A program made the position numbers and the translations under genes. Positions 1 through 12,775 of a stretch of DNA of 64,000 nt are shown piece after piece; positions within the stretch are counted from its first letter, which is position 1, and each line of letters starts with the position of its first letter. Source of the DNA: Octopus sinensis (Eukaryota); contig NC_043011.1 of the NCBI RefSeq assembly GCF_006345805.1, forward strand, positions 8,618,001-8,682,000, in the 5' to 3' direction. Under the pieces are notes generated by a model, which had not been told where the DNA came from, ran no database searches, and saw only the letters and a list, made by a program, of their open reading frames with translations.

Positions 1-427
1 CACATTACCATATGTACACGCACACATACACACGCACGCACACATGTATATATAATTATGGAAAACCATGAACGTATACATACCATGCAAACACACACAC
101 ATAAGCAACTCGTACACAATTACTGTGAATACACACACATGAACTCACACACACACCAGTATGCACACACACACACACATCTACTCACAGGTATGCACAT
201 AAACACACACACACATTGGTGTGCACATCCATACAAACATACAGACCTATGCTCACAGACCCGCATTCATACACACGCACACACACAGTCCCATCTACAC
301 ATCCACGTCCACAGATGAACACACGTTCTACAAATACATCCACACACACACTCCTCTCTCTCTCTCTCTCACACACACTCATATGCTCTTCTCTCTCTCA
401 GTCTCTCTCTCTCTCACACACACTCAT

Positions 428-458
<31 letters not shown>

Positions 459-523
459 ACATACACACACACACACATGCTCTTCTCTCTCTCTCTCATA
501 CACACACACATACACACACACAC

Positions 524-567
<44 letters not shown>

Positions 568-672
568 TACACACACACACACATGCTCTTCTCTCTCTCT
601 CTCATACACACACACACACATGCTCTTCTCTCTCTCTCTCTCTCTCATACACACACACACACACACACACAC

Positions 673-712
<40 letters not shown>

Positions 713-866
713 CATGCATATTCACTCACACAGGCAAAGAGGTGCTCTTGTTTGTTTTTTTAACCTTCTGCTCCGTTCATAGAATATTTTCGGTGCCAAC
801 ACTCACACACACAAAACACAAAAACTAAATCTATTTACAGTCTGTAATAAATTCTACCAAAATTCT
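1..866. repeat. Left arm of a large inverted duplication (right arm 2852-3717)
   Basis: ORF-track translations 58..318(+) vs 2890..3660(-) and 526..828(+) are near-identical; the unique segments match in reverse complement. Confidence 0.92.
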
Positions 867-1684
867 ACTTTGAGTAGGCCTTTGTGAGTCGGAATCAGAG
901 TCGGTATAGTTTTTCCGACTCTGACTCCAGCTACCCCTTAGTTGTTTCCAACTCTGACCCTACAGCCCTGGTTCTGTGGCGACCAGAGGTCCACACTGAG
1001 CAACATGGAAATGAAGAGACTTGCTCAAGGTACACATTGCACTGCCCAGTCTGAAAACTGAACCCATAACATTATGATCATGTGTCAGACACCCTAACCA
1101 CTAAGCTAAGCACTTTCATATCATCATTGTCATAATTTAACATCCATGCTGGCATGGGTCGGAGGATTTGACTGGGCCTGATGGGCCCCAAGGACTTCAT
1201 TGTGCTCCAGGGCCTGTTTGAGCATGGTTTCCATGGCTGGATGCCCTTCCTATGCCAACTACTTTACAGCATGTACTGGGTGCCTTTTTTTTATATGCCA
1301 GCAGCACAAGTGAGGCTGTCAAGCAGCTTGAAAGACTATGAACCCCAAGTGAACTAGGAGATGAGGAATTGACAGGGGTAAAATATGAGATAAAAGGACC
1401 AGAGCAGATCAGGTTTCTTGGTATAGAGGAGCTACATAACTACTCACATTTTGGTAGAAAGAGTGGGAGTGATTGGGTAGAGCTAGGAAGTTATAAAAAT
1501 ATTCGTGGCAAGGGGTCAAGGTGGAGCTTCAAGGCACAAGATAGGAAAGAATGAGTGTGGGAGTAGATGTCTCATAATACAGAATAGTAATGACAAAATA
1601 GTGGTGATGAGGTGCCAAGATGGGACTTAATCCCTTTATTGTGGAAATAACCAATACATCCACTTAAAATTTCATTGCCCTTAA

Positions 1685-1909
1685 TCCATTAATTCCCACT
1701 GTCCTATAAACAGGACACTAAATGAGAACATTAAATAAGCTATATCACATTGTCTCAGTGTCCTATTTATAGGACACCAAGTATTTCCATTTCCTGCTTG
1801 AAGTAAAGCAGTTTTGATAATTATTTTTTTTTATTTTAACCTATTTTCAATCATCTGTAAAAATTTTAAAGTGATATTCAGAAATTTAAGTACTCTGGGA
1901 CTTAATGGG
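1685..1909. mobile_element. piggyBac-like MITE with internal hairpin
   Basis: TTAA-tccattaattccc ... gggacttaatggg-TTAA; internal inverted repeat gtcctataaa(c/t)aggacact / agtgtcctatttataggac. Confidence 0.75.
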
Positions 1910-2851
1910 TTAAGTACAAGAAACGGTTTTATATACCAATCTAAGTCCTGTTGTGAAATACCATGTTTGAAGCTATTTTCAGTGAGAAACCTTTGACGTG
2001 TTTCATTCATTAGACAGTGGCCATGCTGGGGCACCGCCTCAAAGAATTTTGGTCAAACGAATCAACTCTAGAATTTATTTTCTTTTTTAAAACCTGGCAT
2101 TTATTCTATTGGTCACTTTTGCCAAACTGCTAAGTTACAGGGACATAAACACACCAGCACTAGTTGGGAGGCAGTGGTGGTAATAGAAGACACTTGCCTA
2201 GGGTGTCACTCAGTGTGACTGAACCCAGAACCATGTGGTTGAGAAGCAAGCTTTTTATCACACAACCATTGTGACTTGCAAAGACCAATTCCATCTTTTG
2301 GTAGATATCTAGCATCATCACTTGAATAAAGATGAGTATGAATTTAATGCTCACCATTTGTAACAATAATTATAAAAAAAAAACACGATTTTTCTGTGAC
2401 CGTTGCCAGTACCGCCTGAATGGCCCTTGTGCTGGCGGCACGTAAAAGCACCCACTACACTCTTGGAGTGGTTGGCGTTAGGAAGGGCATCCAGCTGTAG
2501 AAGCTCTGCCAAATCAAGATTGGAGCCTGGTGCAGCCTTCTGGTTCGCCAGTCCTCAGTCAAAGCGTCCAACCCATGCCAGCATGGAAAGCAGACGTTAA
2601 ACGATGATGATGACGATGATGATGATGTAAGCTAACATGGATCCAAAAGGTACAAAAAAGAAAACCAACAAAAACAAAAGCAGAAAAAAAACTGAATGAA
2701 GAACTCAAAGCTAAGAAGGCAAAACAAAACATGAAAAATAAAGACATCAAGAAAAAGAAATGTTAGACTATGGTGTAGAATGGGTATTGGTTTTTTGTGA
2801 AGTGGAATAGGAATGTGGTATTGTGACTGAGACAAGGAAGAGGCAGCAGGA

Positions 2852-3162
2852 AGAATTTTGGTAGAATTTATTACAGACTGTAAATAGATTTAGTTTTTGT
2901 GTTTTGTGTGTGTGAGTGTTGGCACCGAAAGTATTCTATGAACGGAGCAGAAGGTTAAAAAAACAAACAAGAGCACCTCTTTGCCTGTGTGAGTGAATAT
3001 GCATGTATGAGAGAGAGAGAGAGAGAGAAGAGCATGTGTGTGTGTGTGTATGTGAGAGAGAGAGAGAGAGAGAGAGCATATGAGTGTGTGAGAGAGAGAG
3101 AGAGAGAGAGAAGGGAGAGCATATGTGTGTGTGAGAGAGAGAGAGAAGAGAGAGCATATGAG

Positions 3163-3202
<40 letters not shown>

Positions 3203-3207
3203 ATGAG

Positions 3208-3247
<40 letters not shown>

Positions 3248-3252
3248 ATGAG

Positions 3253-3285
<33 letters not shown>

Positions 3286-3303
3286 AAGCATGAGTGTGTG
3301 TGA

Positions 3304-3334
<31 letters not shown>

Positions 3335-3717
3335 AGTGTGTGTGAGAGAGAGAGAGAGAGGAGTGTGTGTGTGGATGTATTTGTAGAACGTGTGTTCATC
3401 TGTGGACGTGGATGTGTAGATGGGACTGTGTGTGTGCGTGTGTATGAATGCGGGTCTGTGAGCATAGGTCTGTATGTTTGTATGGATGTGCACACCAATG
3501 TGTGTGTGTGTTTATGTGCATACCTGTGAGTAGATGTGTGTGTGTGTGTGTGTGCATACTGGTGTGTGCGTGAGTTCATGTGTGTGTATTCACAGTAATT
3601 GTGTACGAGTTGCTTATGTGTGTGTGTTTGCATGGTATGTATACGTTCATGGTTTTCCATAATTATATATACATGTGTGCGTGTGTGTGTGTGTGTGCGT
3701 GTGCGTATGGTAATGTG
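2852..3717. repeat. Right arm of the inverted duplication
   Basis: Reverse complement of 1-866 with different microsatellite copy numbers. Confidence 0.92.
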
Positions 3718-3855
3718 TGTTTATGTGCATGACTATTTTTCTAATTACATACAAGTGTGTTTTTGCAATTACCTGTGTATAGTAATGTGCATGTGTGTGT
3801 GTGTGTGCTTTTATGAGCTTTTGCTTTTTTTTTACTGTAATAACGTGTGCCTGTG

Positions 3856-3893
<38 letters not shown>

Positions 3894-4129
3894 GCATTTG
3901 TGTGTGTGTGCTCATATACATGCGTGTGTGTGTGTGTTTTTAAAGACTTCTTGTTTTTTTCTGGAATTACATGCATGTGTGTGTGTGTATGTTTTATGTG
4001 TGTTTGTTTATGTGTGTGTTTGTTTATGTGTATGTGTATTTATGTGTACGTTTATATGTGGCCCACTTATGAGTACCCCTCGTTCATTAGACAATGAACT
4101 TTGGTTGCAAAGACCTACTGAGGCACGTG

Positions 4130-4568
4130 AAAACAAATCAAAATCGCTGACGTGGCCGATGACAGAACCACCTGATCGGTACTCGTGCCAGTGGAACATT
4201 AAAAGCACATCCAAGCATGATCATTGCCAGGGCCACGGATTGGCTCCCATGCCAGTGACATGTGAAAAGCACCATTTGAGCATGATCGTTGCCAGGGTTG
4301 CCTTACCAGCAAATGTGCCGGTGGCATGTGAAAAGACACCTTTTGAGCATGGTCGTTGCCAGAACTGCCTGACTGGCCCTCGTGCTGGTCACACATAAAA
4401 AGCACCCACTACACTCTCAGAGTGGTTGGCATTAGGAAGGGCATCCAGCTGTAGAAACTTTCCCAGATCAGACTAAGCCTGGTGCAGCCTTCTGGCTCAC
4501 CAGTCCTCAGTTCAAAGCGTCCAACCCATGACAGCATGGAAAGCAGACGTTAAACGATGATGATGATA
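4130..4568 (+). mobile_element. RTE 3'-UTR-only copy (VNTR + GAT tail). Others at ~2400-2625(+), 6445-6960(-), 32068-32430(+), 39600-39745(-), 47555-48000(+), 52455-52850(+), 59300-59690(-)
   Basis: Same 3' end as the LINE at 21085-22345 (cccactacactctcggagtggttggcgttaggaagggcatccagctg...gttaaacgatgatgat). Confidence 0.85.
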
Positions 4569-5299
4569 GTGTGTGTGTGTGCATGAGTTTGTGTGTTATT
4601 CCCAAGACAGAGAGGGAATATTAATGCTAGCACCACCAACCCCGTCTGCACTGGTCAGATGAAAAGACAAACTTATCCAGGAACATGGCTCTGAACACTT
4701 CCAACAGAGTTAACTCCTCTTACACGACCCCCTACCCAAGAACCATGGGGGCAGTGGAACAGGTAATGGTGGTGGTGGTGGTGGTGGATTTAGTCTGCCA
4801 CCCAAGTTCAGATGTGTCTTCTTATCTCCTTCAGGATTAAATTTTGTATATTTTCTCAGAGTTTGAGGTCCTCCTTTCCCAGGTTGTGTGTGTGTGTGTG
4901 GTTGTGTGTGTGTGTGGTTGTGTGTGTGTGTGTGTGTGTAAAATAATAGAATGTGTGTGTATGTATTTACATGTGTGTAGGAAAGTAATAGAATGTGTGT
5001 GTGTGTAAAAGAATGTGTATGTGTGCATGTGGAAGTAAGATAATGTACAGGTGTGTGTGTGTGTGTGTGGTAGCATGACGATGTATAGATGTGTGTGTGT
5101 GCATAAGAGAATTTACATCTGACTGCAAACACATGTGCGCATGTATAATAATAATGATGATGACGATGATGATGGTGATGATGATGATAATGATGATGGT
5201 GATGATGCTGTGATGATAAAAATAATCTTCTAAATATAACCCAGCAAAACTAAAAATGTAAGAAAAAAACCACGTAAATATACTCAAAAACAGAGATAT

Positions 5300-5545
5300 A
5301 TATAAACATTTACATACATACACACACACACATGTATACATACATATACACACACACACACACACCTGTATGCATATACATACATACATACACACACACA
5401 GACACCTGTATACATATACATACATATATACACACACACACCTGTATACATATACATACATATATACACACACACCTGTATACATATACATACATACACA
5501 CACACACCTGTAAACATATACATACACACACACACACACACCTGT

Positions 5546-5585
<40 letters not shown>

Positions 5586-5746
5586 GCACCTGTATACATA
5601 TATACACACACCTGTATACATATACATACATATATACACACACACCTGTATACATATACATACATATATACACACACACCTGTATACATATACATACATA
5701 TATACACACACACACCTGTAAACATATACATACACACACACACCTG

Positions 5747-5791
<45 letters not shown>

Positions 5792-5944
5792 CTGTATACA
5801 TATATACATATATACACACACCTGTATACATATACATACATATATACACACACACCTGTATACATATACATACATATGCACACACACATGCCTGTATACA
5901 TTGCATATATATATATATATACATACACACACACCTGTATACAT

Positions 5945-5975
<31 letters not shown>

Positions 5976-6010
5976 CATACACACATCTGTATACATATAC
6001 ATATACACTC
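5300..6010. repeat. Compound minisatellite, ~30-40-bp unit (ca)n-cctgtatacatatacatacata
   Basis: Recurrent cacctgtatacata anchor. Confidence 0.9.
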
Positions 6011-6389
6011 ACACACCTGTACATTATAAACACGTTCCCATACATATATATTCACACACACACATCCATGCATATATATATACATATATATACACATATA
6101 TATCATCATCATCAACATATTTAACATCCACTTTCTACACACACACACACACACACATGTACAAAGGTAAAAATATTTAGAGGAAAAGAACATAAAATAA
6201 AACAAAATAGAATTTAAAAAACCAGCAAAACCAAACTAATCGGGGAATCTAGTAACCGAATAGCCTCCAGGTGAGACAGACTAAATACTGGGGAATCCAA
6301 GCAGAAACCCTTCAAACTGATCAGCCTACAATTTGGATGAAAGAACTTTATTAGATCTTAGGATAGAAAGAAAAAGCCAATATTATTGG

Positions 6390-7016
6390 CAGGGCTGTGG
6401 AATTGGAGTCGTGGAGTCGGAATCGGAAACAATTAAGGTGTGGTTGGAGTCATCCTCATCATCATTGTTTAACATCCGCTTTCCATGCTGGCATGGGTTG
6501 GATGATTCAACTGGGTTCTGGGGAGCCAGGAGGCCCCAATCTGATCTGGTAGTGTTTCTATAGCTGGATGCCATTCCTAACGCCAACCACTCCGAGAGTT
6601 TAGTGAGTGCTTTTTACATGCTACTGGCACAGGGGCCAGAGGAGCTTGCATCAACCATAATCAGATGGTGATTTTTACGTGCCACCGACATGGAAGCCAG
6701 TCAAAGCAGCACTGGCATCGGCCACGTTTGGATGGTGCTTCTTACGTGCTACCGGCACAGGGCTCACAACTACAATTTCCATTTGATTTGATTTTGATAT
6801 TGCTGTTGATGTACTTGACTCAATAGATCTCCACAAGCACGGCATGTCGCCCTACGATCCAAGGTACTTTTGAGGGGGCTGGTTATGCAACGCTGGTGTA
6901 GTTACTGCTGTGGACTCACTTTATTTGCTGGGTCAGAGTCGCTAAAATAGACCACAATCACTTATTTTCATAGAGGCGTCAGAGTCAAAGTTTTTTGTTT
7001 CAACTCCACAGCCCTA
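6390..7016. mobile_element. hAT-type MITE (CAGGGCTGTGGAGTC family) interrupted by an RTE 3' fragment (6445-6960)
   Basis: TIRs cagggctgtgga../..tccacagccct; imperfect 8-bp TSD attattgg / cttatcgg. A related fragment lies at ~878-970. Confidence 0.75.
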
Positions 7017-9663
7017 CTTATCGGTGCCGGTATGGCTGTGTGGTTAAGGGGATCACTTTGCATCCATGGTGGTTTCAGGTTCAATCCCTCTGCATAGCAC
7101 CTTGGGTAAGTGTGTTCTCCCAGAGCTCTGAACTGACTAATGAAGTGAGAGTAAATTTTGTAGAGAGAATCTTTGCAGAATCTCATCACATAACAGGAGC
7201 TGACAGAAACGTTAGCACACCGGGCGAAATGCTTAGCGGTATTTCGTCTGTCTTTATGTTCTGAGTTCAAATTCCGCAAAGGTTGACTTTGCCTTTCATC
7301 CTTTCGGGGTCGATAAATTAAGTACCAGTTATGCACTGGGGTCGATGTAATCGACTTAATCCCTTTGTCTGGTTTTATTAACTGAATTACCTTCAAGATG
7401 GCACGATTTGTGTGCTTGTACTGCGGATTTCTGCTCGTACTTGAAGACCAAAATCTGCACAGGTCTTGGCTTGTACTGCAAATTACTCATACAACGGGGC
7501 AAGGGTCTATTGTATATATTTTTTCCCATGCTGGCATGGGTCAGACAGAATTTGTTGAGGCAGATTTTCTACAAGTGGATGCCCTTCCTGTTGCCAACCC
7601 TTACCTGTCATGGCCAGTCATGTTCTCACAGAAAACTGGAAATGAGGGACACTAGTTGCATTCAGAACTATCATCACACACACACAAACACACACACAAT
7701 AAACTTCTTTCAGTTTCTGTCTACCATGTCCACTCACAAGGCTTTAGTTGGCCTGGGGCTATAGTAGAGGATTCAGGCACAAGCTGCCATGCACTGGGAT
7801 TGAACATGAAACCATGCAACTGAGAAGCAAACTTCTTGATCACAGAGCCATGCCTGTAACTACAGTCATGCCTACCACTTTAAGAACTTTTATACATACA
7901 TGCAAATACACACACACACACACACATACATGTACACATAAACACTTTCTAATATAGACATAAAGCTTGAAATGTGGAGGGGACAAGCAAGTTGATTTCA
8001 TCAACCCCAGTACATGACTGGTTCTTATTTTATCGACCCTGAAAAGATGAAGAGCAAAGTCAACAGAATATTTGAATTCAGAACGTAACGATGACCAAAA
8101 TAGCGCCAAGCATTCTGTTCAGTGAGCTAACGATTCTTTTCTACTCTAGGCACAAGGCCTCAAATTTTGGGGAAGGGGACCAGTCGATTATATCCACCCC
8201 AGCATGCAACTGGTACTTAATTTATCGACCCTGAAAAAATGAAAGCAAAGTCGACCTCGGCGGAATTTGAACTCAGAATGTCAAAACAGACGAAATACCT
8301 ATTTCTTTGCTACCCACAAGGGGCTACACACAGAGAGGACAACAAGGACAAACAGATTAAGTCGATTACATCGGCCCCAGTGTGTAACTGGTACTTAATT
8401 TATCGACCCCGAAAGGATGAAAGGCAAAGTCGACCTCGGCGGAATTCAGTACTAGTCGAGTGCTCATTACTGTTGAGTGCTCATTACTGTTGAGTGCTCA
8501 TTACTGTGCCAGAAAAATGCTTAATAGCATTTCATCCGTCCTTACACTCAGAGTTCAAATTTCTCTCGGGGATCCACTTTGCTTTTCATCCTTTCGGGGT
8601 CGATAAATTAAGTACCAGTGTAACACTGGGGTCGATGTTATTGACTAATCCCCTCCCACCAAAATTTTAGGTCTTGTGCCTCCAGTTGAAAGGATTATTA
8701 TTATTATTATTATTATTAAAGCATTAGAGCATCGGAAAAAATACTGTGCTGTAATTCTACTGACTCGTTACTTTCAGATTCCATCGAGGGTAGCTTTACT
8801 TATCATCCTTGTACGGTTAGGGGTTGCTATAATGATGAAGGACCCACCCCTGAACTCCCTGCGAAATTTCAGGCCTTGTGCCCATAGCAGAAATACTAAT
8901 TATTATCAAGGCAGCAAGCTGGCAGAATTGTCACTGCATCAGACACAAAACGCTTCATAGTTTTTCTTTCAGCTCTTTCTTTGGTCTCGGTTCAAATCAT
9001 GCCAAGGTTGACTTTTCCTTTCGTTCTTTCTGCAGGGTCAATAAATTAAGTACCAGTCAAGCACTGGGGCTGTTATAAATGACTTACCCTGTGTCCCAAA
9101 ATTTCAGGCCTTCTCCCTAATGTAAAAAGAACTGCTGCTACTACTACTACTACTACCACCACCACCACTAATACTACTACTACTACTACTATTATTATTA
9201 ATAAGGTTGTGAGCTGGTAGAAATGTTAGCACGCCAGACGAAATGCTTTGTAGTATTTCACCCGTTGCTACATTCTGAGTTCAAATTTCACCGAGGTCAA
9301 CTTTGCCTTTCATCCTTTTTTTTTTTGGGGGGGGGGGGGTGATAAATTAAATACTAGTTGAGTACTGGGGTTGATGTTACAGACTGGCCCCTCCCCCCAA
9401 ATTTCAGGCCTTATGCCTATAGGAGAAAGGATTATCATCAGCATTCATTATGTAGGCAAGCTGGTAGAATTGTTAGTTCGCAAGGCAAAATGTTTAGCGG
9501 TATTTCATCCATGTCTACGTTCTGAGTTCAAATTCTGCTGAGGTCAATTTTGCCTTTCATCCTTTTGAGTTCGATAAATTAAGTACCACTTGAGCCCTGG
9601 GCTCGGTGTAATTGACTTATCCCCTCTCTTGAAATTTGTTGGCCTTCTACCAAATATTGAAAC

Positions 9664-9664
<1 letters not shown>

Positions 9665-9717
<53 letters not shown>

Positions 9718-9739
9718 CATTATTATTATTATTATTATC

Positions 9740-9780
<41 letters not shown>

Positions 9781-9870
9781 CATCATTCTTCTTATCATCA
9801 TCATCATTATTATTATTATTATCATTATTATTATTATCATCATCATTATTATTATTATTATTATCATTAT
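9665..9870. repeat. (ATT/ATC)n microsatellite
   Basis: Direct observation. Confidence 0.95.
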
Positions 9871-9871
9871 T

Positions 9872-10479
9872 CTATGTTTGTCTTTGGCTTTACATTTGCA
9901 CGAGCTGGCTCCAGTCTCAGCCAGAGACCTCAAGAGACAACAAGTTGGAAGTTCATGTTGGTGTTATGCCTAGGGTGCCATATATTTGGTTTTGTACTTA
10001 GTGTTGTACTAGTGAATTCCTAAAAAACCATACGAAAATTATGTTTGTTTTAAAACTTGAGATTATATAGAAAGTATTTTGCGTAGGATATGAGCAGTTC
10101 CCATGAGCACTATCTTTTGAATTTCTGCCATTTTGGGGTTTCCTGGTATCTGAGTTAGGTAGCAATCAGCCCCTTTTGCTATCATTCCCAGGGCACCTAT
10201 GACAACAGGTATTGTTTTAGTCTTCAGGTTCCACATTTTGCTGATTTCTATTTCAAGATCTTTATATTTGCCCAGTTTTTGGTAGGTCTTGACAGATACG
10301 TTTATATCGATTGAGACAGTCATATCAATGAGGAGGCATGTTCTTTGTCTGAAGTCTTTCAATATGATGTCTGGCCTATTCGCATCTATCTTTCTGTCAG
10401 TTTGAATGGTAAAGTTCCAGAGGAGTGAGATGTGGTCATTTTCAAGCACTGGAGGTGGTTTGTGTTCCCACCAGTTTTT
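9872..10479 (-). mobile_element. 5'-truncated R4/Dong-clade non-LTR retrotransposon (restriction-like endonuclease domain + 3' UTR) inside a (TAA)n array
   Basis: KNWWEHKPPPVLENDHISLLWNFTIQTDRKIDANRPDII...LIDMTV...KYKDLEIEISKMW..IPVVIGALG is the RLE PD..D/K motif of the R4 clade. Flanked by (ATT)n at 9665-9870 and 10480-10525. Confidence 0.85.
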
Positions 10480-11003
10480 ATCATTATTATTTTATTATTT
10501 TATTATATTATTATTATTATTATTATGAAGTAAGAGAGCAGCACATGCCATCAAAGTGACACTGGGGTACAAATATATGAAGCCCAGTATACCCATCATG
10601 ATTGATAAGGGTACACCATCATGTCTGATGATGTACCCAGTATACCCAAATATTGATACGACATGGTGAATTCATATCAAGATAACCAGTGCATGACCTT
10701 TCAGGTGGGGCCCAGTTAGAGTTTTCTCCAGGTCAAGTCACCCATCCCACTCAAGAGGTCCCTGAATAAGGTTTGTTTAAGGATGTTGAACGAAACACCT
10801 ATGTTTCTAGAGGTGAATTATTCAAACCCCAGAGAATTCCTCTGAACATATAGCTATGATGCTCCCCAACTACTTCTGCTCATGATCAGAGATACACATA
10901 TTGCCAGCCAGCCACCAAGGGACATGCTCAAGGGATTATGGTCAAACAACTGACAAGTAGGCTATGGGCTGACTGAATCGTTTTGCATGTCTGACAATAT
11001 GCC

Positions 11004-11360
11004 TCTCTTTTACTTGTTTCAGTCATTTGACTGTGGCCATGCTGAAGCACCGCCTTTAGTCGAGCAAATCGACCCTGGTACTCATACTGTCGGTCTCTTT
11101 TGCTGAACCGCTAAGTTACGGGGACGTAAACACACCAGAATCGTTTGTCAAGCAATGTTGGTGGGGACAAACACAGACACACACACACATATATATACGA
11201 TGGGCTTCTTTCAGTTTCCGTCTACCAAATCCACTCACAAGGCTTTGGTCGGTCTGAGGCTATAGTAGAAGACACTTGTCCAAGTTGCCATGCAGTGGGA
11301 CTGAACCCGGAACCATGTGATTGGTAAACAAGCTACTTACCACACAGCCACTCCTAAGCC
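11004..11360 (-). mobile_element. SINE family A (tRNA-like head, internal (TA)n(TG)n, aagagtaa tail)
   Basis: Reverse complement of the consensus seen at 16572 and 38837. Confidence 0.85.
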
Positions 11361-11659
11361 TAGCGAGTTTTCTTTCAGCTCTTTCTGTTTTAAGTTCAAA
11401 TCCTTTGTCTTTCATCCTTTACGGGTCCATATGATAGAGTACAAGTCAAATACTGGAGCAGATATAATCATCTTGCCCTTCCCCTCAAAATCGCTAGCCT
11501 TGTGTTAAAATTACAAAACTAGAAAAAGAAAAAAAGTCTTATTATCCTAAATTTTTGTGTCTGCCCATAGGTATCCAACAAACACAAGATTACTTAGCAA
11601 AACACCTTTCAAAGTTTGAAAATGTGTTTACTACAACATGACCCCTTTTGTTGTAGTAG

Positions 11660-11995
11660 GGGCAGGAGTGGCTGTGTGGCAAGTAGTTTGGTTCCGGGTT
11701 CAGTCACACTGCGTGGCACCTTGGCCAGGTGTCTTCAACTATAGCCAGCCTCGGGCCGACCAAAGCCTTGTGAGTGGATTTGGTAGACGGAGACTGAAAG
11801 AAGCCCATCATATATATAATGTGTGTGTGTGTGTGTATATGTTTGTGTGTCTTTGTTTGTTCTCCCCCACCCACCCACCCAACATCGCTTGACAACCGAT
11901 GGTGGTGTGTTTACGTCCCCGTAACTTAGCGGTTCAGCAAAAAAGAGACCCATAGAATAAGTACAAGGCTTACAAAGTAAAAGAGAGTAAGAGTA
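11660..11995 (+). mobile_element. SINE family A
   Basis: ggcaggagtggctgtgtgg..ggttccgggttcagtc head (A/B-box-like), same body. Confidence 0.85.
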
Positions 11996-12775
11996 TGACA
12001 GGAAACTTTAGGTCCTTGACTAACTCCTGTTGTATGCTTGGAGTAATATTACACACACACAACACACACACACACAGACGCCCACATACACACACGTGCC
12101 TGCGTGCACACATGTCATTCTATGTGTAGAGTTCTGCTGCTCTCGTTTGTAAAATCTGACCCAGGACAACATGTAAGGAACACACTGAAATTATTTACCT
12201 GTGCAGGAAGGTCGAATTACCTTTACATGAAAAGCATTTGTACTTTGAATGTATGTGTGTGTGTGTGTGTAAAACAAATAACTAGACAGGCAGAAAGGTG
12301 GGTAGATGAATGGATGGATGGGCGGGTGGAGGTGAGGTGGGGGAGCAGAGATTGATTGAGTTGGAGGATGGAGATAGGATGGGGAGAGAAGGGAAGGAGG
12401 GAGGTTCCAAGCGAAAAAAAAAATAAAAGGGAAAACTAATTATATTGAGTTGATGGCAGCGGTGGGGCAGAGGTTTTTTTTTTATTTTTTCAAGAGCAGA
12501 AACCGGCTGCGTGTGTAGAGATGTGTGTGAAAGAGAGATTGTTTTTGTTGTTTATATATTGTAACAGAGGGGGACAAAGAAAGAGAGAAATAGCATTGTG
12601 GTGGTGGTGGTCACGGTGGTTGGTTGGTTGGTTATGTAAAGAGGAGCAAATAATTTCCTTGCAGAAAAGGAAGTCACTGCGGAGGAGGGAGTAAGGCGAG
12701 CATGATCTGCTAGAAATAGCAGTCAGATCTCTTTCAAACCATACCGTACAGACCGAGGCACTACCGAAATGCACA

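Noticed and set aside
2635-2766. Lys-rich frame WIQKVQKRKPTKTKAEKKLNEELKAKKAKQNMKNKDIKKKKC*
   Set aside because: A-rich composition explains it; no start, splice acceptor or recognisable family.
4685-4762. MALNTSNRVNSSYTTPYPRTMGAVEQ|gtaatg, resembling a glycosylated GPCR N-terminus
   Set aside because: Only 26 codons and no downstream compatible exons or TM segments found; chance is likely.
4967-6205. 412-aa ORF and the many other long ORFs rich in HT/CV/YI/SL/II/HH (e.g. 216-782, 5284-6045, 9544-10001, 14566-15066, 25628-26083, 38150-38781, 54549-55076)
   Set aside because: These are translations of (CA)n, (TA)n, (CT)n, (ATT)n and (CAC)n microsatellites or minisatellites, which lack stop codons by composition.
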